From assembly GCA_963788375.1 (NCBI GenBank), contig CAWBGT010000027.1, positions 679,020-743,019 of the forward strand: 64,000 bases of DNA. Direction: 5' to 3'. Below are positions 38,155 through 52,000 of the stretch, one piece after another. How positions within the stretch are numbered: the first letter of the stretch is position 1; each line of letters starts with the position of its first letter. Under the pieces are notes generated by a model, which saw only the letters and a list, made by a program, of their open reading frames with translations, was not told the DNA's origin and did not search any database. Position numbers and translations under genes: made by a program. Source of the stretch: an uncultured Chloroflexia bacterium. GTDB taxonomy: Bacteria; Chloroflexota; Limnocylindria; Limnocylindrales; CSP1-4.

Positions 38155-41100
38155 ATGGCGCGTGTCCGTCTCGCGGCGTTTGCCGCCTTCCTCGTCGTCC
38201 TGCTGTTTGGCGCGGCCGCGTGGCCCTCGGCGCCCCGGGTTCGCCTGGTTCCACTGGCGCCGGTGGCCGCCGTGGGATGGCCACCGTCGGGGGGCCTCGT
38301 GGTCGCCGAGGTCGTGACGGGTGGCGCATCCGCATCGGACGAGTTCGTCGAGCTCGCCAACATCGGGCCGGGCGTCGTCGACCTCGCCGGCCTCGAGGTC
38401 GCGTACGTCACCAGCTCCGGTGCGACCGTCACGCGCAAGGCCGCGTGGACGACCACGATCGTCGTGGATCCGGGTCGTCGCGTCCTGCTCGCGAACGGCG
38501 CCGGGCTCTATGCGGCCGTTGCCGATGCCACCTACTCGGGTGGGCTCGCGGCCACGGGCGGGGCGATCGTCCTGCGGCCCACCGGCGGGACCGCCATCGA
38601 TGCCGTGGGCTGGGGTGACGCAGGCAATGCCTATGTCGAGGGAGCGCCAGCACCGGCCCCGGGTGCGGGTCAATCGATCGAGCGTGGTCATGCTGACACG
38701 AACGACAACGCGGCCGACTTCGTCATCAACGCTGCCCCGGCGGCTCAGGGGCTGTCCTGGGTCCCCACGCCGACGCCGACCACTGCTCCGACGCCCACGC
38801 CTGCCCCGACACCGACAGCGGTCCCCACGCCGACGCCCACGCCTGCCCCGACACCGACAGCGGTCCCCACGCCGACGCCGACCACTGCTCCGACGCCCAC
38901 GCCTGCCCCGACACCGACAGCGGTCCCCACGCCGACGCCGACCACTGCTCCGACGCCCACGCCTGCCCCGACACCGACAGCGGTCCCCACGCCGACGCCC
39001 ACGCCTGCCCCGACACCGACAGCGGTCCCCACGCCGACGCCCACGCCTGCCCCGACACCGACTCCAACCCCGTTGCTCCCCATCTCTGCGGCTCGTGCGC
39101 TGCCCGATGGGTCGCTCGCGCTCGTCGAGGGGATCCTCACCACGGCCCTTGGCACCATCGAGTCGGGGCACGTCGGCTTCGTGCAGGACGGAACCGGCGG
39201 TATCGCGGTCTACCTTGACTCGGCCCTCGGCGAGCCAGTCCCCGCCGGAACCCTGGTGCGCCTCGTCGGAACGCTCGACTCGCGGTACGCGCTGCGAACG
39301 ATCCGCGTCTCATCGGCCGACGTGACCGTTGTCGGCCCCGACAGCCTGCCCACGCCCGTGGCAATTCCAACCCGTGATGCTGCAGAGCAGTACGAGGGGC
39401 TCCGGATCACGCTCCGGGGCACGGTGACAGAGGCGCCATCGGCGCTGAGCGACGGCCTGGGATTGATGATCGATGACGGTTCCGGGTCCGTCCGCGTGAT
39501 CGTCGGTCCAGACGCGCTGGGCGATGTGACCCCGTCGACGGGCGCGGTAGTGACCGCAGTTGGTCCCCTCGGCCAGCGTGACAGCGGCGGGACGGGTCTC
39601 GCCGGCTACCGCCTGCACGCGACCCTGCCGGGAGAGCTCGCGGTCGATCCGCCGGCCCCAAGCCCGACGCCCAGCCCGACGGCGAGCGCATCGCCAGGCG
39701 CCAGCTCGAGCCCGACGCCCAGCCCGACGGCGAGCGCATCGCCAGGCCCCAGCTCGAGCCCGACGCCCAGCCCGACGGCGAGCGCATCGCCAGGCCCCAG
39801 CTCGAGCCCGACGCCCAGCCCGACGGCGAGCGCATCGCCGGCCCCGAGCCCCACGGCGTCGCCATCCGCCACCGACGGTCCTCCCGCCACTGCCTCTCCG
39901 AGCCCTGAGCCGTCGACGGCTCCGCTTGCGATCGGCGCTGCCCGCCGCGAGGCCGAGGGAGCGGTCGTTCTCACTCGAGGCGTCGTGATCGCCGAGGCCG
40001 GCCGCCTCGGCACGCCACCCCTGCTTGCGATCGGTGACGCGACGGGCGGGCTGCCGGTGAGGCTCACTGATGGTCAGGCGCCTCCGGCCCGCGGCACGCT
40101 CGTCGAGGTCCGCGGCAAGCTCGCAGCGCCGTACGGCCAGACCGAGCTTCGGCCGTCAACCGGCGGTCTGGTCGCACTCGGGACGGCGCCGGTTCCGGCG
40201 CCCGTCGCACTCGAAGCCCGCGCGGTCGGGGAGGCAACGGAGGGTCTGCTGGCCACGGTCAAGGGCACGATCTCGTCGGGCGCGACGAAGGCCACGAGCG
40301 GGGACCTGTCGTTCTCGATCACTGGCACCGACGGCGGCATCTTGCGGATCCATGCCGACGCCTCCGCGGGACTGGATCGGAGCATGCTCGGCAAGGGCGC
40401 CACGGTGACGCTGACCGGGATCGTGGGCCAGCGCGCCACACGGAAGGGAGCGCTCGATGGCTACCGCCTGTGGGTCCGCGACGGCGCCGACGTCGTGGCG
40501 AAGCCAGGACCGTCGTCCTCCCCCGGGCCGTCGGCGTCCCCAACGGCGTCCGCTGGGACGGTGCCGCTCCTCACCATCGCCGCAGCTCGTCTGAGGGATG
40601 GCAGGCGCGTGACGGTCGAGGGGACGGTGACGGTGGAACGCTCGCTCCTTGACTCGTCCGGCCGCCGGACCATCCTCGAGGACGGCACCGCGGCAGTCGA
40701 GCTGTACCTGGACAGGCCGGACGCTGCGATCAGGACCGGCGCCAGGGTCCGCGCCACCGGTGTGATCGGCCGTGCATGGGGCGCGCCGCGTCTGCGCGTC
40801 GATGCGATCCGCGTGCTCGGCAAGCGGGAACCTGTCGTGCACGACCTCAAGGTGGCCCCGACCGCGGCAACGGAGTGGCGCCTGATCCGCATGCGGGGGA
40901 CGCTGGCCGAAGTCCACCGGTCCGGCGACCGCTGGACGGCTGAACTCGTGACCGGTAACGGCCGCGTGCCGCTGGTGGGCCTCTCGGGCAGTGCCGTGAA
41001 GGTGGATAAGGTGATCGAGGGCCGCACGGCGACGGTGACCGGGATCGTGAAGCGGGCCTACCCCACCGCCAAGGACCAGCGCTTCGGCATCGTGCCAAGG

Positions 41101-41787
41101 GTAGCGGCGGACCTGGCCCTCGGCCCGGCGACGGCGACAGCCTCCGGCGCGCCAGCCCACGGCGAAGGAGCGCCCGGTTCCCCCGTGCCGGGTGTCACCG
41201 GGTCCGCGTCATCCGACGCCCCCGCCCCCGCCGGTCCGGACATTCCGCTCTCCGATCTCGGCGGGCACCTCGGCACGACCGTGCGCGTTGGAGGTCTGGT
41301 CACGGCCGTCGAGGTGGGGTCAGTCCGGCTGGACGACGGTACGGCGACCGCCGCGATCATCCTCGAGGCTGACGCTGCGGACCTGCTCGCCCTGCTGCAG
41401 CCTGGCGACGCGCTCAACGCCACCGGCACCCCGGAGGCCCGTGACGGCGTCGTGCTCGTGGTCACGGACCCCGCCGGTGTCGTCCTCCTTGGCGACCTGG
41501 AGGGCGGTGGGGAGGAGCCATCGGGCGAACCGGGGCTCCTCCTCGCCACCACGACGGCCAACGAAGACGACCGCCCGGACGCGGGCCTGCTCGGGGCAGC
41601 CATGGTCGCCCGTCGCGGTTCCGACCCACTGCCCGCGATCGTGGCCGCGTTGGTCCTCGCCGTCCTCATCGCCGCCGGGGTGCTGGCCCAGCGTTCCGTG
41701 CGAACCCGTCGTGCGCTGCGCGCGCGGATCGAGGCCCGCGTGGCCGCAATCGCGGACCCCGTGCCGGGCCCATCTGGCGGGTCCTGA
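38155..41787 (+). CDS. Large cell-surface protein: signal peptide, lamin-tail domain (LTD), Pro/Thr linker repeats, about four OB-fold-like ~180-aa domains, acidic stretch, and a C-terminal TM anchor.
   Basis: LTD: '[32 protein letters not shown]...[20 protein letters not shown]'. ([14 protein letters not shown])n and ([16 protein letters not shown])n linkers. C-terminal '[28 protein letters not shown]'. Confidence 0.65.
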   Translation: MARVRLAAFAAFLVVLLFGAAAWPSAPRVRLVPLAPVAAVGWPPSGGLVVAEVVTGGASASDEFVELANIGPGVVDLAGLEVAYVTSSGATVTRKAAWTTTIVVDPGRRVLLANGAGLYAAVADATYSGGLAATGGAIVLRPTGGTAIDAVGWGDAGNAYVEGAPAPAPGAGQSIERGHADTNDNAADFVINAAPAAQGLSWVPTPTPTTAPTPTPAPTPTAVPTPTPTPAPTPTAVPTPTPTTAPTPTPAPTPTAVPTPTPTTAPTPTPAPTPTAVPTPTPTPAPTPTAVPTPTPTPAPTPTPTPLLPISAARALPDGSLALVEGILTTALGTIESGHVGFVQDGTGGIAVYLDSALGEPVPAGTLVRLVGTLDSRYALRTIRVSSADVTVVGPDSLPTPVAIPTRDAAEQYEGLRITLRGTVTEAPSALSDGLGLMIDDGSGSVRVIVGPDALGDVTPSTGAVVTAVGPLGQRDSGGTGLAGYRLHATLPGELAVDPPAPSPTPSPTASASPGASSSPTPSPTASASPGPSSSPTPSPTASASPGPSSSPTPSPTASASPAPSPTASPSATDGPPATASPSPEPSTAPLAIGAARREAEGAVVLTRGVVIAEAGRLGTPPLLAIGDATGGLPVRLTDGQAPPARGTLVEVRGKLAAPYGQTELRPSTGGLVALGTAPVPAPVALEARAVGEATEGLLATVKGTISSGATKATSGDLSFSITGTDGGILRIHADASAGLDRSMLGKGATVTLTGIVGQRATRKGALDGYRLWVRDGADVVAKPGPSSSPGPSASPTASAGTVPLLTIAAARLRDGRRVTVEGTVTVERSLLDSSGRRTILEDGTAAVELYLDRPDAAIRTGARVRATGVIGRAWGAPRLRVDAIRVLGKREPVVHDLKVAPTAATEWRLIRMRGTLAEVHRSGDRWTAELVTGNGRVPLVGLSGSAVKVDKVIEGRTATVTGIVKRAYPTAKDQRFGIVPRVAADLALGPATATASGAPAHGEGAPGSPVPGVTGSASSDAPAPAGPDIPLSDLGGHLGTTVRVGGLVTAVEVGSVRLDDGTATAAIILEADAADLLALLQPGDALNATGTPEARDGVVLVVTDPAGVVLLGDLEGGGEEPSGEPGLLLATTTANEDDRPDAGLLGAAMVARRGSDPLPAIVAALVLAVLIAAGVLAQRSVRTRRALRARIEARVAAIADPVPGPSGGS

Positions 41788-41820
41788 CCGGCGGATCCTG
41801 GCCCCGAGGCGGGCGCAAGC

Positions 41821-41850
41821 GTGGTCCTGCACACGGCCGTGCAGGACCAC
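41821..41850 (+). terminator. Perfect 12-bp-stem hairpin (GTGGTCCTGCAC-ACGGCC-GTGCAGGACCAC) 34 nt after the surface-protein stop. No U-tract.
   Basis: Seen directly in the sequence. Confidence 0.5.
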
Positions 41851-41877
41851 GCACGCGGCCGGCGTTCGCGGAACGGC

Positions 41878-41907
41878 TTGACGCTCACGGAATCGCACCC
41901 CTATCCT
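41878..41907 (+). promoter_or_regulatory. Sigma-70-like promoter (TTGACG - 18 nt - TATCCT) upstream of the nucleoside phosphorylase gene.
   Basis: Hexamer match and spacing read from the sequence. Confidence 0.4.
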
Positions 41908-41957
41908 CGGGCGAACCGCACGCCACCTGAGCGTGAGCCAAGCATGGGAGCGAGTAC

Positions 41958-42803
41958 TTGCCGAACGAGGACGTACGCGTCGCGGTCCCCACCGGCGAGC
42001 GGCAGTACCACATCGGGCTCGGGCCCGGTGAGCTGGCCGACTACATCCTCCTCCCCGGCGACCAGGACAGGGTTGAACGAGTCGCGGACCGCTTCGACTC
42101 CGTCGAGCGGACCCACCGGCATCGCGAGTTCGCGAGCGCGACCGGTATCTACAAGGGGTTGCGCGTCTCGTGTGTGTCCACCGGCATCGGCACGGACAAC
42201 GTCGAGATCGTCATCGCCGAGATCCTGGCCCTGGTCGAGCGTCCCACATTCATCCGTATCGGCTCCTGCGGCGCCCTCCAGCCCGGGATGGAGCTGGGCG
42301 ACCTGGTCATCTCCACGGGCTCCGTCCGCCTGGAGACGACGACCAGCTGGTTCGTCCACGAGGGGTATCCGGCAGTCGCCCACTACGAGGCGGTCCTCGC
42401 CCTCGTGGAGGCCGCCGAGGGGCTCGGGCACCCGCACCACCTTGGGATCACGGCCACGGCGCCGGGCTTCTACGGTGCGCAGGGTCGAACGATCCCGCAA
42501 CTGCCCATCCGCTACCCTGACCTCGCGGACGAGATGACACGCCAGGGCGTCCTGAACTTCGAGATGGAAGCCTCGGCCGTGCTCGTCCTCGCCGGGCTCG
42601 GTGGCTGTCGTGCGGGCGTCGTGTGCGCCGTGTACGCGAACCGCCGGACCGGAGCGTTCGTCGAGGGCGATATCAAGCACCGGGCGGAAGCCGCCGCGAT
42701 CGATACGGGGCTGGAGAGCCTCCGGATCCTCGCGCAGCTCGACCGCCAGAAATCGATGGCCGGGGCGGCGCGATGGCGCCCGTCGCTCTGGACCCCGTCA
42801 TGA
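41958..42803 (+). CDS. PNP/UDP-family nucleoside phosphorylase (uridine phosphorylase-like).
   Basis: 'VSCVSTGIGTDNVEIVIAEIL...IGSCGAL...VLNFEMEASAVLVLA' is the PNP_UDP_1 fold. TTG start. Confidence 0.7.
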   Translation: MPNEDVRVAVPTGERQYHIGLGPGELADYILLPGDQDRVERVADRFDSVERTHRHREFASATGIYKGLRVSCVSTGIGTDNVEIVIAEILALVERPTFIRIGSCGALQPGMELGDLVISTGSVRLETTTSWFVHEGYPAVAHYEAVLALVEAAEGLGHPHHLGITATAPGFYGAQGRTIPQLPIRYPDLADEMTRQGVLNFEMEASAVLVLAGLGGCRAGVVCAVYANRRTGAFVEGDIKHRAEAAAIDTGLESLRILAQLDRQKSMAGAARWRPSLWTPS

Positions 42804-42878
42804 GCGCCAGCACGACGTGTTTCCGCGGATACGAGGGGCGTCCCCTCGTGACGTGGCTTGCGTGAGGAGGAGCGAACC

Positions 42879-43019
42879 ATGGCTCAGGCCTACTGCGTCA
42901 AGGACAAGGAAAAGGTCGAGGTCCAGAACCCCGAGCAGATCACGATGAAGAACGGCAAGCCCGCGCTCAAGGGCACGTGCCCGAAGTGCGGCGGCAAGGT
43001 GTTCCGCATCGGCGGCTGA
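42879..43019 (+). CDS. 46-aa zinc-ribbon protein (MAQAYCVKDKEKVEVQNPEQITMKNGKPALKGTCPKCGGKVFRIGG), resembling the DUF5679 family.
   Basis: Read by hand; below the ORF-track cutoff. GAGGAGG RBS 8 nt upstream. CxxD...CPKC motif. GC-rich hairpin after the stop. Confidence 0.55.
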   Translation: MAQAYCVKDKEKVEVQNPEQITMKNGKPALKGTCPKCGGKVFRIGG

Positions 43020-43349
43020 CCGCCAACATCGTTCGCGATGACCACGAGCCCCCTCCGGCCCGGCCGGCGGGGGCTCAATGGTGTTCCGGCAGGGTTCCTG
43101 TGGCCCGTGCCAACCGGGCCGGCCGTCGGCAGTGGCCAATTCGACCTTTGCTAAGATTCAGGGCGAACGCTCGAACCAGCCCCGAGGTCACGCCCTGTCC
43201 GCTCCCACGGTCCTCGCTCCCGGCCTCGGCTTGGATTCCCGTCGCACGGGAACGGACCCCAGCCATCACCGATCCCCCGACCGGCGCGACCGCGTGGCCG
43301 TGCTGCTCGTCTTCGGGGTCGCCGCCGCAGCCGCTCGCCCGGCGGCTGA

Positions 43350-44501
<1,152 letters not shown>

Positions 44502-44535
44502 CCCGGAGCCCACAGGGCTCACGGAGGAACAGAAC

Positions 44536-47063
<2,528 letters not shown>

Positions 47064-47115
47064 TCCTGGCCGGTCCGCGTCCCAGCTCACGGCGCGCGCT
47101 CTCCGGAGTCGCGCA

Positions 47116-47856
47116 GTGAGGCGCTTCGTGGACCCCGGCGCCGTGATGGCTGCCTGGGTCGGCCTCGGCATGGCCGTGACGATCGGGGTCTCGTTCCTGC
47201 TGGTGATCCCGATCGAGCCCGTCTACTGGTACCTCGCCCTGCCGGCGGGCCTGCTAATCGGCTACTACGCCAACGCGCGCTCCGAGCGGGCGGGCGGGCC
47301 GTGGAAGCGCATCCTGGCGAACGCCCTGTTCGCGGGCCTGGTCACGGGCGTCACCTACGCCGTCCTGCTGCTCGGCGTGAAGGCGCTGTTCTTCAATGTC
47401 GACGGCGGCTACCGGGACGCCTCGTCGGGCGGGCCGCTGACCTGCACGACCGGCGCCGACTGTGTCTACCAGCGGTACATCGCCGCGGGCCAGGGAGAAG
47501 CGTTCGAGGAGGCCGGCATCACCGACGTGGAGGCGTTCACCTCGTTCTACTGGGGCCAGCAGCTCTCGAACGCGGGCCTGACGTTCGTCCTCTCGACGGG
47601 CGGGGCGCTCCTCGGCGGCGTGATGTATGGCTTCACGAACCGGCGCAAGCCGGAACGACGCCGACGGGGATCGAGCCCACGGGCGTCCCCCAGGGCTGAG
47701 CCGGGTCCGGGCCTCGGCGTGGCCCGTCGCGACCCACCGGGCCCATCCCGGCCTGCCCGGATCCTGGCCCAGCACGCTGCCCTGCCGGAGAGCGGAATCC
47801 ACCCGGCCCACCGCTCTCCCCGGGCCATGCCCGGATCACCCGCGATCCGACCCTGA
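47116..47856 (+). CDS. Membrane protein (hypothetical); the 3' end is uncertain (low-complexity tail after ~47650).
   Basis: TM segments 'MAAWVGLGMAVTIGVSFLLVI', 'LLIGYYAN', 'ALFAGLVTGVTYAVLLLGV', 'LTFVLSTGGALLGGVMYGF'. Confidence 0.35.
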   Translation: MRRFVDPGAVMAAWVGLGMAVTIGVSFLLVIPIEPVYWYLALPAGLLIGYYANARSERAGGPWKRILANALFAGLVTGVTYAVLLLGVKALFFNVDGGYRDASSGGPLTCTTGADCVYQRYIAAGQGEAFEEAGITDVEAFTSFYWGQQLSNAGLTFVLSTGGALLGGVMYGFTNRRKPERRRRGSSPRASPRAEPGPGLGVARRDPPGPSRPARILAQHAALPESGIHPAHRSPRAMPGSPAIRP

Positions 47857-48064
47857 CCGGGTCGCTCCTTGCTACCTGATAGCACCACTGGTGATCGGAG
47901 GCGGCACCAACAGCCGGTGCCCGTGGAAGGTCACGCGCTGGCCTTTCCTCCCGCTGGGCCGAACCGGGCCAACCCGCTGGGGCACTACTCCGCGGGCTGG
48001 GACCCCACTCCCCAAGCCGGCGGGCGACGAATCCAGGGCCCTGATGACCGCTGCCATGTCTGCT

Positions 48065-48097
48065 GAATTGAAAACGCCCCGGCCGATGACCGGGGCG
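48065..48097 (-). terminator. Rho-independent terminator of rpsT (hairpin CGCCCCGG-N8-CCGGGGCG followed by TTTTCAATTC on the minus strand).
   Basis: Seen directly in the sequence; it sits 25 nt after the rpsT stop. Confidence 0.65.
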
Positions 48098-48122
48098 CTC
48101 GGGTGACCGATGGGAATGCGGG

Positions 48123-48848
48123 CTACGCGTCCTTCTTGGCCTTGGTCGTCTTCGGCGCAGCCTTCGCGGCCGCCGGCTTGGCGGTCGCGGCCATGGTCGT
48201 CGTCTTCGCGGCCGCCTTGGTTGCGGTCGCCTTCGGCGCAGCCTTGGTTGCGGTCTTGGCGGTCGAGGTCTTGGCGGTCGCGGTCTTGGCGGTCGCCTTG
48301 CTCGCAGTCTTCGCGGCGGCCTTCGGCGTGGCCCTGGTGGTCTTCGCGGCGGGTGCATCCGCGGCCGACGCGGCGGCCGGAGCGGACTCGGCTCGGGTGG
48401 TCTTGCTCAGCGCGGCGCGGGCCTTGCCGGCGGCGGTCTGGGCGCCCTTGGCCTTGACGGCCTTGCCGGCGGCGATGCGGGCTTTCGCGGCCTTCGCGGC
48501 GGCGGCCTTGCCGGTGGACTTGGTGACGTGGCCGGTGCCGGCAGCGGTCGCGCCGGCGGTGGCTGCGTTCACCTTGATCACGAGGCGGCTCTTGCGGCGG
48601 GCGGCCGCGTTGGGATGGATCGCGCCGGCCTTCGCGGCGCGGTCGAGGGCCGAGATGGCCGCGCTCAGCGAGGTCGCGATGTCCGCGCTCTCGGGCTGGG
48701 CGGTGGCGACCGTGACGGCCTTGGCAACGAGGGTCTTCGCCGCGGACCGACGGGGCTGCAGGATCGCGTGCCGGCGCTCAGCCTGGCGGACGCGCTTCAG
48801 CCCGGACGGGTTGCGAGCGCCCTGCCATTTCCGGGGCGTTCTAGCCAA
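48123..48848 (-). CDS. rpsT: 30S ribosomal protein S20 fused to a ~150-aa Ala/Lys/Thr-rich C-terminal extension.
   Basis: 'LKRVRQAERRHAILQPRRSAAKTLVAKA...AAKAGAIHPNAAARRKSRLVIKVNAA' aligns with bacterial S20. The frame remains open through (A/K/T)-rich repeats to a stop at 48123, followed by a terminator. Confidence 0.75.
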   Translation of the reverse strand: MARTPRKWQGARNPSGLKRVRQAERRHAILQPRRSAAKTLVAKAVTVATAQPESADIATSLSAAISALDRAAKAGAIHPNAAARRKSRLVIKVNAATAGATAAGTGHVTKSTGKAAAAKAAKARIAAGKAVKAKGAQTAAGKARAALSKTTRAESAPAAASAADAPAAKTTRATPKAAAKTASKATAKTATAKTSTAKTATKAAPKATATKAAAKTTTMAATAKPAAAKAAPKTTKAKKDA

Positions 48849-49040
48849 GGTGGCTGATCTCCGTTCCGTGTGTGTGCGAGTGAATCACGACGCGCGCGAG
48901 CGAAGCCTGCCCGAGGCGCGACGGCGAATGGTAGCAGAGCCGCCCCGAATCGGGCCAGCCGTGATTTAGGGTTGGGACGGTGGCAGCGCCGATCGGCTAA
49001 CCTCGGGTCCGAGTTGGCCGAAGGGGAGATCGCGGGCCCG

Positions 49041-52000
49041 ATGAGCTGCACGGTGTGTGGAACGATCAGCCCGGCGGGACGCAAGTTCTGCGGGGAATGC
49101 GGAGCACGGCTTGCGGTCGCCTGCCCGGCGTGCGGCGCCACGCTCGAGGCCGGTCAGAAGTTCTGCGGGGAGTGCGGGGCCCCGGTTTCCGTGAGCGACC
49201 TGGGTCACACCGACGCCTCGACATCGGTGGTCCCGGCTTCGGGCCCGGTCGCGGAACGCCGTCTGGTGTCGGTGCTCTTCGCCGACCTTGTCGGGTTCAC
49301 GCCCTTCAGCGAGGAGCGCGATGCGGAGGAAGTCCGCGAGACGCTCACCCGGTACTTCGACATCGCCCGCGACGCGATCGGGCAGCACGGCGGGACGGTC
49401 GAGAAGTTCATCGGCGATGCGGTGATGGCGGTGTGGGGCACACCCACGGCTCGCGAGGACGACGCGGAACGGGCCGTGCGGGCGGCACTGGAGCTGCTGG
49501 ACGCCGTCCGCGCCCTCGGTCCGGGCATCGAGGCGCGCGCGGGCGTGCTCACCGGCGAAGCCGCGGTGACCCTGGGGGCGACGGATCAGGGCATGGTCGC
49601 GGGCGACCTGGTCAATACGGCGGCGCGACTCCAGGCCGCCGCGGCGCCCGGCACCGTCCTGGTGGGGGAGGCGACATATCGCGCTGCATCGGCCGCGATC
49701 GCGTTCGAGGAAGCCGGCGACCAGCTGATGAAGGGCAAGAGCGCCCCCGTCGCAGCGTGGCGCGCGCTCCGGGTGGTGGCCGAGCGTGGCGGCCGGGGAA
49801 GGGCGGACCTGCTGGAGGCGCCGTTCACCGGCCGGGACGAGGAGCTGCGCCTCCTCAAGTCACTGTTCCACGGCACGGCTCGCGAGGAGCGGGCCCGGCT
49901 GGTGTCCGTCACGGGTCCGGCGGGCATCGGCAAGAGCCGTCTTGCCTGGGAGTTCGAGAAGTACCTCGACGGCGTGGTCGAGCCCGTGTGGTGGCATCAC
50001 GGCCGATCGCCGTCCTACGGCCAGGGCATGACGTTCTGGGCGCTCGGCGAGATGGTCCGGGCCCGGTGTGGTCTGGCGGAGATCGCGGACGAGCCCACGA
50101 CCCGAGCCGCCGTGTCAGAGATGCTTGCCGGCCACGTGCCGGATCCATCCGAACGAGCCTGGATCGAGCCGGCGATCCTGGCGCTGTTGGGCGTCCAGGC
50201 GGCCCCGGTGGCCACGGACGAGCTGTTCGCCCGGTGGCGCCTGCTGTTCGAGCGGCTTGCCGCCACCGGCGCCGTCGTGATGGTGTTCGAGGACCTGCAC
50301 TGGGCGGACGGCGCGACGCTCGACTTCATCGACCACCTGCTTGACTGGGCCAAGGGCATCCCGTTGCTGATCGTCACCCTGGCTCGCCCGGAGCTGCTGG
50401 ACCACCGCCCGGACTGGGGCCTTGGACGCCGCAGCTTCGTCGCCGTCGCCCTCGATCCGCTGCCCGAGCCGGCGATGAGGGCGCTGCTCGCGGGTCTCGT
50501 CCCCGACCTGCCCGAGGACGCGATCCGGCAGGTCGTCGCGCGAGCGGAGGGGATGCCGCTGTACGCGGTCGAGACCGTGCGCATGCTCGTGTCCGACAGG
50601 CGGCTCGTGCAGGAGGGTGGCGTCTACGTCGTCGCCGGCGACATCTCCTCGCTTGCGGTGCCGGAGACGCTCACGGCCCTGATTGCCGCCCGCCTCGACG
50701 CACTCGCCCCATCCGACCGGTCGCTGGTCATGGACGCGGCCGTCCTGGGCCAGCAGTTCACCGTGGAGGGGCTGGCCGCCGTCTCGGGCTCCACGGTCAC
50801 CAGCCTCGAGCCAAGGCTTCACGGCCTCGTGCGGCGCGAGCTGTTCACGCTCCAGGCCGATCCCAGGTCCCCGGAACGCGGACAGTACGGCTTCGTCCAG
50901 GGGCTGATCCGCGAGGTTGCCTACAACACGCTCGCCCGACGTGATCGGAAGGACCGCCACCTTGCCGCCGCCCGCTACTTCGAGAGCATCGGCTCGGACG
51001 AGCTGGCAGGTGCGCTGGCGGGGCACTACCTCGCCGCGCACGCAAACGCGGCAGAGGGCCCCGAGGCGAACGCGCTGGCGACCCAGGCCCGGCTCGCACT
51101 CCGCGGCGCGGCCGAACGTGCCGCAGCGCTGGGATCCTATGCGCAGGCGGCGGAGCTGCTCGGCCAGGCCCTCACCGTCGCCTCCGAACCTGCCGACCGG
51201 GGTGACCTCCTCGAGCGACGGGGACTGGCGCTGTCCGCGATGGGCCGGTATTCGGACGCCCTGGTGGCGCTCGACGAGGCCGGAGCGACGCAGCGCGCGC
51301 TTGGTGACCGGCCCGCCGCCGCCCGCGTCAGCCGAGCTCTCGGCGAGTGCACGATCAACTCCAAGCAGCTCGAGGACGCACAACGCATGCTCGAGGATGC
51401 GGCGATCGAGTTCGCCGATCTCGAGGGCGATCCCAGCCTGCTTGGCATCAAGTCCCAGCTGGTCCGCGCGCACGTGCTCCAGGACCACAACGCCGCCGCC
51501 ATCGCCGTCGCCGACGAGGTCCTCGAGGCGGCCGAGCATGCCGCGCTGACGCCGATCATCGCGGACACCCTGATCTCGAAGGGCACGGCTCTCGCCAGTG
51601 TCGGCCGCACGCTCGAGGGGAGTGCCCTGATCGACCTGGGCGGCCGGCTGGCCGAGGAGAGCGGCCTGATCGTCGCCCGCTTCCGGGCCCTCAACAACAT
51701 GTCCGTGGTCATCAACGACGTGGACCCCGCGGAAGCCCTCCGCGTGACCCGGGAGGGACTGGCGCTGGCGCGCAAGGTCGGCAACACGGGGTGGGAGCGG
51801 AACTTCGTCGGCAACCTCGGCTATGGGGCGTTCCGACTCGGCGAGTGGGACCTGGGCGAGCGCGAGCTTCTGGGCGCCCTCGAGGAGGGACTGGAGCCGG
51901 GGGACGCCCTGCTGATCCTCAACAACCTGATCTCGATCGTCGGCTGCCGCGGCGACGACACGAGCGAGCTGATGGCCCGGCTCGAGCAGGTCTGCGAAGG

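Noticed and set aside
48103-48969. Hydrophobic 288-aa plus-strand ORF ('AAFAAAGLAVAAMVVVFAAALVAVAF...').
   Set aside because: It is the antisense reading of the Ala/Lys-rich rpsT tail (GCC/AAG codons read as GGC/CTT). S20 homology and the terminator support the minus-strand gene.
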